64,000 nucleotides of DNA from a candidate division Zixibacteria bacterium RBG_16_53_22 (lineage in GTDB: Bacteria; Zixibacteria; MSB-5A5; UBA10806). Positions 9,906 through 17,402 of this stretch are shown here, piece by piece. Within the stretch, counting starts at the first letter, position 1. Each line of letters begins with the position of its first letter. The translations under genes were made by a program, and so were the position numbers. The stretch lies in the NCBI GenBank assembly GCA_001775395.1, contig MEWP01000069.1, positions 16,114-80,113 on the forward strand, written 5' to 3'. The notes under the pieces are model-generated. The model ran no database searches. It saw nothing but the letters and a program-made list of their open reading frames with translations, and was not told the origin of the DNA.

Positions 9906-12158
9906 CTAATCAGTTATACCTAATCGTGTGAGCATTCTCACAAATTGTGGTTTTAGGCGGACATTGTCAAAAACCGGCTCGACATTAATTTCGCACAACC
10001 AGCTATCTCTCATTTGCCATGCTTTCTCCAGCCATCGGAAACCCTGTTCTTCGTTACCCAAAACAAAGCACATTAATGAGAGGCTATACGGTGAGATATA
10101 GGCCGAAGCGGATTTCTCCAGCAGGTTTTTGAGCAGATCTTCCGCATTTTCGTTCCTGCCCATTTTCGTAAAGGCAATTCCTATCCATGCATCCAGAACG
10201 GGTCTCCGGTTCAGGTTGCTATTTTTCTCTTGATGAAATTCTTTAAGGGCCGCTTCATGCATGTCTTTTTCCAGATATACCCTGCCTAGCAATTCATGAA
10301 CCAAACTGAAATTGGAATCTAGTTCGACCGTTTTTTGAAGCGCGTCAATGGCTTCATCATACCGTCCCGAATAATAATAGATAGTGCCTAAATCACGATT
10401 AATGGCCAATGACAGAGGATCCAATGACAATGCCTTCCTGATTTCGGCGATAGCCTCACTGAACTGGGCCTTATACATAAAATATAAGGCATACCAGTGA
10501 TGGGCTGTAGCGTATTCGGGGTTAAGGTCAATGGCCTTCTGAAATTCTCTTTTGGCGCCGGCCCAATCAAAGCCATAGTTGAGGACAACAGCTAATGATG
10601 CATGAGCCTCTGCCAGAGTATCGTCTATCTCAATTGCCCTGATCGCCATCCTTTTTGCTTTTTCGTAAGCCTCATTCGGATCACATTCGGCATAATCCGG
10701 TAATGCCCTGAAAGCATCCGACAGGCCTGTATAGGCAGAAGCATACTCATTGTCCAATTCGATCGCTCGTTCGAAGTAGGATATCGCTTTTCCTAAACTC
10801 TCTGCAGTTCTCATATTCCAGAAATATCTGCCTTTCAGATATAGGCAATATGCATCAAGGTTTCCGGTAGGGCATTTGACTTTCTGCCATGTGTTATCAT
10901 CCTCCATTTTTACCTCGAGCTTATCCGCAATTGAAAGAGCAATTTCTTCCTGAATCGCAAACATATCTCCCATCACCCTGTCGTACCGCTCAGACCAAAT
11001 ATGATATCCGCTTTCAGCGTCAATCAATTGCGCCGTAATTCTCATCCGGTTATCAAAATAGCGAACACTACCTTCCAGAATTGATTGAACGGCTAGTTTT
11101 CGTCCGACTTCCTTAATATCGAATGATGAATCCTTGAAGGTAAATGATGATGTTCGGGCGACGACGCGAATGCCCTTCATTTTCGCCAAGCCATTGATTA
11201 TCTCTTCTGCGATACCCTCCCCGAAATATTCCTGGCTTCTCTGCGGGCTCATGTCGCGGAAAGGCAGGACTGCGATCGATGGTATGAGCTTTTCAGCGAC
11301 TGCGGCTGCCTCATGTTCTATTTTATCAATGTTTTCGCGCAGTAACTTCAGGTCGGCGGTGATTTCGTCTGCACTTTGATAACGGGATGCCGGATCCTTC
11401 CTTAACGCCTTATCGAGTATTTGCTGAAATCCATCGGGGGCGTTCAGGACAAACGTCATGATGGGCGGGGGATGTTCGTTAATTATCGAATAGAGAATGG
11501 CGGCCTGGTGCGCATCCTTGAAAGGCAGCTGACCAGTTGTCATCTCGTACAGAACGATACCGGTTGAAAACAGATCCGAACGTGCATCGACTTCTTCACC
11601 TCGCGCCTGCTCCGGTGACATGTAGGAATATGTCCCGGCTATCGATTCCTGTCTTTCGGGACATGCTATATTCAAGCGCACAGCCAGGCCGAAATCCATT
11701 ATCTTGATTTGATCCCCGGTTGTAACCATTATATTGTCTGGCTTGATATCTCGATGAATGATCCCTGCTTTGTGCGCTGCGGATAATCCGCAGCACAGCT
11801 GGATGGCAAAATCCAATATCTGATTGAAAGACAAATTACTTTCTTTGATCAGGCTGGAAAGCCGGCGACCCCTGACGTACTCCATGGAAATGACTGGATA
11901 GCCCTGGTAATTGAATATCTCATAAATCGTAACTATATTGGGATGATTGAGAGACGCCGCGGTCTGAGCTTCGATTTCGATAGTTGATTCCGGGTCGCAT
12001 TTGGAATCGCTGGTCAGACGAAAAAGCTTGAGGGCCGCCTGGCGCTTGAGATTGAGATCTTCCGCCAGGTAGACCTCGCCTAAGCCACCGTGACCGACTA
12101 GTCCCTGGATACGGTAGTGGGAGATGATGAGACCGGCCTCAAGTCTGCAGGAATTCAC
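9906..12158 (-). CDS. Hanks-type Ser/Thr protein kinase with TolB-N-like domain and TPR repeats
   Basis: GHGGLGEVY, AALK, HRDIKPDN and DFG motifs; SIAVLPF...QEYFGEGIAEEII domain; C-terminal TPRs. The GTG start is uncertain. Confidence 0.9.
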   Translation of the reverse strand: MNSCRLEAGLIISHYRIQGLVGHGGLGEVYLAEDLNLKRQAALKLFRLTSDSKCDPESTIEIEAQTAASLNHPNIVTIYEIFNYQGYPVISMEYVRGRRLSSLIKESNLSFNQILDFAIQLCCGLSAAHKAGIIHRDIKPDNIMVTTGDQIKIMDFGLAVRLNIACPERQESIAGTYSYMSPEQARGEEVDARSDLFSTGIVLYEMTTGQLPFKDAHQAAILYSIINEHPPPIMTFVLNAPDGFQQILDKALRKDPASRYQSADEITADLKLLRENIDKIEHEAAAVAEKLIPSIAVLPFRDMSPQRSQEYFGEGIAEEIINGLAKMKGIRVVARTSSFTFKDSSFDIKEVGRKLAVQSILEGSVRYFDNRMRITAQLIDAESGYHIWSERYDRVMGDMFAIQEEIALSIADKLEVKMEDDNTWQKVKCPTGNLDAYCLYLKGRYFWNMRTAESLGKAISYFERAIELDNEYASAYTGLSDAFRALPDYAECDPNEAYEKAKRMAIRAIEIDDTLAEAHASLAVVLNYGFDWAGAKREFQKAIDLNPEYATAHHWYALYFMYKAQFSEAIAEIRKALSLDPLSLAINRDLGTIYYYSGRYDEAIDALQKTVELDSNFSLVHELLGRVYLEKDMHEAALKEFHQEKNSNLNRRPVLDAWIGIAFTKMGRNENAEDLLKNLLEKSASAYISPYSLSLMCFVLGNEEQGFRWLEKAWQMRDSWLCEINVEPVFDNVRLKPQFVRMLTRLGITD

Positions 12159-12282
12159 TGCAAATCCAACTTCATTATCTCTGTATTGCCGCCCATTCGA
12201 ACCGGCAATTCTGAGATTGGGATATTATATTGTTCCGACGGATTCCCCACGTCGGGATTTAAGATGACATGGGGATCAACCT

Positions 12283-12582
12283 CTATTGCAAGGGATTCTG
12301 CACTATGGCATGAATCCCATACTCGGCAAGATTATCATGTTTGGTAATGTCATTACCCCCGCTGTCAACACCAACCAAGACGACGGTTGATGGTGCTGCG
12401 GCATTCTGGGGATTTTGGGCGAAATAAATCCTTACAGAGACACATTGATCTTGGCTAATAATTGAAAGAATTTTCTTTGCGTCAAATAAAATACCCTCAT
12501 TTTTTTGAAAACTCTTAGCTTGCGCCCCGTTATAGGCAGCCACCCAATTTCTTGCGGTAGCCGCGTCAATATCATGCGGCAT
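12283..12582 (-). CDS. small hypothetical protein (99 aa)
   Basis: AGGAG RBS before the ATG at 12582; sequence AxxWxxxY...ILFD...VRIYF...VVLVGVDxxGND looks like a real fold; function unknown. Confidence 0.65.
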   Translation of the reverse strand: MPHDIDAATARNWVAAYNGAQAKSFQKNEGILFDAKKILSIISQDQCVSVRIYFAQNPQNAAAPSTVVLVGVDSGGNDITKHDNLAEYGIHAIVQNPLQ

Positions 12583-13013
12583 CTGCTTTCTCCTTTCCAA
12601 GAGGAATTTTCTTGAACATTCGGGCGACCTTTGATGGCCGCATAATCCAATAAATAATTCGAGCGGGGTCGAATTTGACCTGTCGATGCTGCGGCGACCA
12701 GCAATCTAAATCGATCTCCGGATCAATTCCAGAAATCAATCCGCTTTAGTCAAAGGACCAGAACCATAGAAAACTATTCGGCGGTTATAACTTAAATCTA
12801 TTACAAATAAATCCGTAATTAGTGATTTAGTCAAGAGTTATTTTGAGTATTTCTCTGCATCAGAGCCGAAATTTCGAATCCCAGCGAGAAATTAAGAGAA
12901 AGGCTATGGGCCCTGCAAATGATAAGGTTGGGGCCGGCATTAGCCAATTTCAAAATTCGCGAGTCAAAAAAGAACCGCCCGAACCAATCCTCAAGCGGCA
13001 ATTTACAGAAAGG

Positions 13014-14615
13014 CTACCCCTCCGAGACGATCCGCTTGTAGTCGAGCACAATGTTGTATCGATTGATCTTGTTGACAAGCCCCTTGCGGGTTAGGCCCAA
13101 CACCCGCGATGCCTGCAGGACATTCCCCCGGCTCTCAGCCAGGGTCTTGATGATGAGGTCCCTTTCCACCTTTTCGACAACCGCCTTAAGTTCACCCTTA
13201 TATAGGCCGCTTGGGGCCTCGGACGCAGCGGCCTGCGCTATGCCCGGCGAAAGGTCTCGAACCCCGATGATCCCGTTCGAACCGCAGGTAACCGCGGCCC
13301 GTTCGATCTCGCTTTCCAGTTCTCTGATATTGCCCGGCCAGTTGAATTGCATCAGCAGGTCCAGGGCCCCGGGCGATATAGATAATTGGCCTCTGTTTAA
13401 TTTGATCTTTATCTTATTGACAAAATGATTGACCAAGAGGGGGATGTCCTCGCGGTGCTCGCGCAAGGAAGGCAGCTCGATCGCGAAAGTGTTCAGCCGG
13501 TAGAACAGGTCCTCGCGGAAGGTCTTAGCCGCGATCTGCTCGGCCAAGTTGCGGTTGGTGGCGGAGATGACACGGACCTTAACCGTCTCGGTCTTGGTGG
13601 CGCCGATCGGGCGGATCTCGCCGTTTTGGATGACCCGCAGGATGGCGACCTGAGTGGATAGTGGGGCGTCGCCAATCTCGTCGAGGAAGATCGCGCCACC
13701 ATCGGCCTCCTTGAAGAGGCCGATCTTGTTTCTGATCGCCCCGGTGAACGAACCTTTCATGTGCCCGAACAGCTCCGATTCGAGCAGCGTCTCGGTCTTC
13801 AGGCCACAGTTGATGATGACCAAGGGCTTGTCGCGCCTGTCGCTGTTGTAATGAATCGCCCTGGCGACCAGGTCCTTACCGGTGCCGGTCTCGCCGGTGA
13901 TCAGAACCGGGGCATCGGTAACGCAGTAGCGCGAGACCAGCGACAGAACCCGCTTCATCCCCGCCGATTTTCCGATGATGTTCTCGAAAGCGAAACTCGA
14001 TCCGAGCTCGCTTTTTAACTGAAGATTCTCCTGTTTCAGCTTTTTCCGCGTCATTTCCAGGAGCTCGTTGGCCCGGGTTAATTCCTCGAGGAGCCTGGCG
14101 TTGACGAGGATCTGTGCCGACTGCGGGACGAGGATGCCCATCAGCCGGCAATGTTTTTCCTCAAACGCGGGCTTAGCGGTGTTTCTAATCAATATGGTAA
14201 GCCCGATGATTTCCCCGCGGACGGTCAGGGGATAGCATAACGCGCGCTTATGCAACCCTCCGCGAGAATCCATCCCATAGAAACGGGGGTCTTGGTCCAG
14301 GTCATCGATTTTAAGGACGCCCCCGTTTTTGAGCATCCACCCGAGGAATTGGCTGCTGATCTGACCCGGAAGATCATCTCGCTTGCTGTCCCGAAATCGC
14401 ACTACCGTGGACAAGGCGTCCATCCGCGAATTTACGACGAGGCTGATCGTGCCCTGGTCGGAATCGGTGAGCGCCACTATCTCCGAAATCAAAACATCCA
14501 TAATATGATTGGTTTCACGAATTCCGCAGATCTTGTCGATCACGTTGTTGATGGCGATGAGGTGATCGAGCTTTTCTTTAGCGTTTGCATCCACCATGGT
14601 TTCGTCGGGCATCAT
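13014..14615 (-). CDS. GAF-domain sigma54-dependent activator (NifA/FhlA-like, Fis HTH)
   Basis: GETGTGKD, ESELFGHMKGSFTGA, FLDEIG, WPGNIREL, C-terminal HTH; N-terminal GAF domain. Confidence 0.92.
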   Translation of the reverse strand: MMPDETMVDANAKEKLDHLIAINNVIDKICGIRETNHIMDVLISEIVALTDSDQGTISLVVNSRMDALSTVVRFRDSKRDDLPGQISSQFLGWMLKNGGVLKIDDLDQDPRFYGMDSRGGLHKRALCYPLTVRGEIIGLTILIRNTAKPAFEEKHCRLMGILVPQSAQILVNARLLEELTRANELLEMTRKKLKQENLQLKSELGSSFAFENIIGKSAGMKRVLSLVSRYCVTDAPVLITGETGTGKDLVARAIHYNSDRRDKPLVIINCGLKTETLLESELFGHMKGSFTGAIRNKIGLFKEADGGAIFLDEIGDAPLSTQVAILRVIQNGEIRPIGATKTETVKVRVISATNRNLAEQIAAKTFREDLFYRLNTFAIELPSLREHREDIPLLVNHFVNKIKIKLNRGQLSISPGALDLLMQFNWPGNIRELESEIERAAVTCGSNGIIGVRDLSPGIAQAAASEAPSGLYKGELKAVVEKVERDLIIKTLAESRGNVLQASRVLGLTRKGLVNKINRYNIVLDYKRIVSEG

Positions 14616-14826
14616 TTCTCCGGGTAATGTATTATCACTATATTATGACCGTTAATTGGATTGTCAAGCGAAAGTACCCCTCCACTGCAATGCAGCACCG
14701 GCACCCACCGCCGGACCCAAATTAGATACTAAGTACCTAAATTTCTCGGCCCGACGCTCTCGCGCTCCCGTATGCAAGTTTCTGATTATCAATGAATTAT
14801 GGGCGAATCCTCCGGAGCATTCGGTT

Positions 14827-14842
14827 TGGCACGCACTCTGCA
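14827..14842 (+). promoter_or_regulatory. sigma54 -24/-12 promoter
   Basis: TGGCACG-CACT-CTGCA, one mismatch to TGGCACGNNNNTTGCW; divergent from the sigma54 activator and 85 nt upstream of the lipoprotein ATG. Confidence 0.75.
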
Positions 14843-14926
14843 ATTAATGCGGGCGACAGTGAAAGAGAAGAAAGAGCCGAAGGTCAAATAACCGAACCAA
14901 CAAACCAACAAAAACGGAGGAACGAA

Positions 14927-15595
14927 ATGAACACTAAGAGAACAGTACTGAAGGGCATCGCGGTCATCGCGATCCTCGCGGCTGGCTGCTCGAACAACGG
15001 CGGGATCACCGGCCCGCAAGCCCCCATCGAGGAAAGCTCCTATGTCTCTAACACCACCCCTACCCCGACCGTGGCGAAGGATGCGGCCCAAGCACCCCGG
15101 CAGTGGCTGGAGCTCACCGGCAAGATCGTCCGCAGCGAGATCGAGGGCGGCTGCTGGTACTTCGAAACTGAGAAGGAGCGTTACGAGCCCCGCTTCGACC
15201 GTTTCGACGCCACCATCTTCTCCGGGGCGACTCTGAAAGTCAAGGGTTACGTCGATGACCTGGTCACCAGCATCTGCATGATCGGCCCAGTGCTACAAGT
15301 CGTGGCATACGAGGTTTTCTACCCGGCTGCCAAAACGATGCCGAGTGGGGGGAATCTGGTTACCCTTACCGGCACGCTCGGCTTGACCAAGGACGGGTGC
15401 TACTTCGTCGCCACCACCAAGGAACACATTGCGCTGGAGCTTCCTATCTGCCCGTCCCCGCCACTCCTGGGATCCCTGATTGTCGTCACGGGGACCTGGA
15501 GCATGCTCGACTATGTGCCGTGCGGCATGGAGCGCCTCTTGAACGTCGAAACCATCACCTTCATCGGCCCACCGCCCACGCCTGTCTATTGGTAG
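14927..15595 (+). CDS. lipoprotein with two tandem Cys-pair domains (DUF5818-like by my recognition)
   Basis: GGAGG RBS, MNTKRT...LAAG-C lipobox; repeated LTGxxxxxxxxGCxxxxT...xxVxG...C units. Confidence 0.8.
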   Translation: MNTKRTVLKGIAVIAILAAGCSNNGGITGPQAPIEESSYVSNTTPTPTVAKDAAQAPRQWLELTGKIVRSEIEGGCWYFETEKERYEPRFDRFDATIFSGATLKVKGYVDDLVTSICMIGPVLQVVAYEVFYPAAKTMPSGGNLVTLTGTLGLTKDGCYFVATTKEHIALELPICPSPPLLGSLIVVTGTWSMLDYVPCGMERLLNVETITFIGPPPTPVYW

Positions 15596-15614
15596 AACCG
15601 AACCCGACTTTTTC

Positions 15615-15640
15615 AGGCGGCCCCAGAGGCCGCCTTTATT
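15615..15640 (+). terminator. probable intrinsic terminator
   Basis: AGGCGGCC-ccaga-GGCCGCCT hairpin followed by TTATT, 20 nt after the lipoprotein stop. Confidence 0.65.
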
Positions 15641-15790
15641 ATTTTATCCAAACGCGGTTTCCGGCATACGAAGAAGATTCCCAATTTGAGTATTAAGTAC
15701 ACAAACCAGGCAACAGGTCCAACCATCCTGCGCTGTCATAATCCCATGCCATCACCAATCTTAATTCTATGTTTGTCTAGCCGCGGAACC

Positions 15791-15805
15791 GGGCACGAAG
15801 CATGC
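15791..15805 (+). promoter_or_regulatory. possible second sigma54 promoter
   Basis: GGGCACG-AAGC-ATGC keeps GG-N10-GC spacing with two mismatches to consensus; 55 nt upstream of a small ORF. Confidence 0.4.
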
Positions 15806-15859
15806 GTCATACATCACCGGAAACGGATAAGATACCGATTAGGAGAAACGGAGGAAAAA

Positions 15860-15985
15860 ATGTTTACTAAGTTTAGTTACCTGGATGAGGATTCGAAGTT
15901 TTTCATCGTGGCCTCAGTTGTGTGTACGCTGATACTTTTGGCCATCGCCGCCTCTGCGATTCTGCCCGGCATTCGACGATTCTAA
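15860..15985 (+). CDS. 41-aa single-pass membrane peptide
   Basis: GGAGG RBS; MFTKFSYLDEDSKFFIVASVVCTLILLAIAASAILPGIRRF has one hydrophobic helix followed by basic residues. Confidence 0.5.
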   Translation: MFTKFSYLDEDSKFFIVASVVCTLILLAIAASAILPGIRRF

Positions 15986-16048
15986 ATCCGGGCGCATCGC
16001 TCGGCCGAGCAGGGGTTGATGCCACCGGCCCGATTGAGCAGCCGTCTT

Positions 16049-16252
16049 GCTGGTGTTGGCCCCCCGCTCGGTGTCGCCCTTGAGCCTCTTCTTGCCGGCC
16101 TCCAGGAAAGCCTTGCTCCAACGATAATACAAATTGGGGATGATCCCTTCACGGCGACAAAGCTTGGCAATGGAAGCCTCCCCCTTGAGCCCCTCTAAGA
16201 CTATCCGGATCTTCTCGTCGGTGGAAAACTTGCGGCGGGTCTTCCTCTCCAA
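16049..16252 (-). pseudogene. IS3-family transposase OrfA, truncated (no OrfB)
   Basis: RKFSTDEKIRIVLEGLKGEASIAKLCRREGIIPNLYYRWSKAFLEAGKKRL is a typical IS3 OrfA HTH; similarity stops after about 68 aa. Confidence 0.85.
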
Positions 16253-16270
16253 CCCAAAAGCTAATCACAA

Positions 16271-16322
16271 CCGTCTCTAAACTGAAACCCTCTGTCTGTC
16301 CGGATTTATTAGAACCGAAATC
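16271..16322 (-). mobile_element. IS3-family left end (copy 4), still attached to orfA
   Basis: GATTTCGGTTCTAATAAATCCGGACAGACAGAGGGTTTCAGTTTAGAGACGG lies 18 nt before the orfA start; this linkage identifies the motif. Confidence 0.78.
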
Positions 16323-16450
16323 CCTCTCAAATACTCGCCCGGCCTACTTGATATATTGAGTAACTTGAATAGACGGAAGGACGGCAAAGTCTTCGGCACA
16401 TTTACCAAACGAGGGAAAGAGCTTCCCCAGTGGTCCGAATGGTGGGTGGG
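16317..16450 (+). pseudogene. internal fragment of tyrosine integrase
   Basis: About 94% identical (8 mismatches in 134 nt by manual alignment) to 62224-62357; the catalytic C-terminus is replaced by 45 unrelated nt. Confidence 0.85.
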
Positions 16451-16495
16451 AGCGTAAGCTTCCCTGTCAAGTAGACAATTCATAAGTAGAGGTTT

Positions 16496-16629
16496 TGGCG
16501 GTTTTTTGTTCTCAAAGTGTTCCCATAATGTTCCCACGGAGGATTTTGCCGATATGGAAAGGCTTGTAAGTCCTTGAAAGATGATAGCGGCGCAGGGATT
16601 CGAACCCCGGACACGAGGATTATGATTCC
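16496..16629. repeat. tRNA-proximal island end (alpha), copy 2
   Basis: 134-bp direct repeat of 62608-62741 with 2 mismatches; includes TGTTCCCA x2 and the att core. Confidence 0.92.
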
Positions 16630-16793
16630 CAGCCGAAGAAATATAATAAATTACGGGTAATCATCGACTTGTATACGGCCAGAGAAAAATGAGGATTTTT
16701 GCTGATGGCATTAAGAGGACCATTCATGCTCGATGAAATGCAGAGAATGGCCAATTAAGTATTTTGAGCACCAGGCAGCACCGGAAAGCAGCA
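16563..16793. repeat. 231-bp direct repeat spanning the att core and tRNA-distal island end (beta), copy 1
   Basis: Matches 55172-55402 with 3 mismatches. Confidence 0.93.
16585..16629 (-). repeat. tRNA-Met 3' fragment, att core (island II/III junction)
   Basis: Exact 45-bp match to 62697-62741. Confidence 0.93.
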
Positions 16794-16819
16794 TTGCATA
16801 TCAGGCTGCAACCTCCGTC

Positions 16820-16996
16820 TTACTTCATCAGCACCATCTTCTTCGATTCGACCTTATCGCCAGCCTTGAGCCTATAAAAGTAGATTCCCGATGACTGCCC
16901 GCCAGCATCCCAAATCACCTGATGCTCTCCAGCGGGCATTATTCCTTCAGTCAACGTCTCGATCTTGCGGCCGAGGATATCGAAGATGTCGATGGA
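16820..16996 (-). pseudogene. orphan C-terminal FlgD-Ig/T9SS-type-A-like secretion tail fragment
   Basis: Translates SIDIFDILGRKIETLTEGIMPAGEHQVIWDAGGQSSGIYFYRLKAGDKVESKKMVLMK*; preceded by an in-frame stop with no start. Confidence 0.8.
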
Positions 16997-17340
16997 TTAA
17001 TCAAAACGGCCCCAACCTCACTCTCCCAGAAATCCGGCGAGCTTTGAATTCAAGGCTGTGTCCCAATATAAAGCCATTAACGGTAAAAGCTTAAGGATAG
17101 TGGGGTTGATAGGTTGGGCAGGGCCCTCAAAAGGCCTCGGGACTGTTAGCCGCCGCCGCGATGACGTTGGTCGGCGAGGGAAGCACCCTGACCCCGGCAG
17201 GTCGCGACAGATGGAGGTGAAAAGTCCCTCCGCGGCCGATTTTGCCTTTCCAGGCTCCCACGACATGCAAATCCGCGACGCCCGAACGGATTGACGCCAT
17301 TATCCGGGCCGTGGCGCAAACATGTCCCGTCGCTATGATA

Positions 17341-17369
17341 TTGACAATCGTTACTTCTATCGTTATTCT
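17341..17369 (+). promoter_or_regulatory. sigma70-type promoter for the two-component operon
   Basis: TTGACA-17 nt-TATTCT, 33 nt upstream of the kinase ATG. Confidence 0.7.
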
Positions 17370-17402
17370 CCCGCATGAACCTTCAGTCCCGGTCGGCTTG
17401 AA

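Larger units (their letters stand above)
9248..16584. mobile_element. island III of the tRNA-Met tandem array
   Basis: Bounded by att cores at 9203 and 16585; integrase fragment and IS3 remnant at its tRNA-proximal end. Confidence 0.75.
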
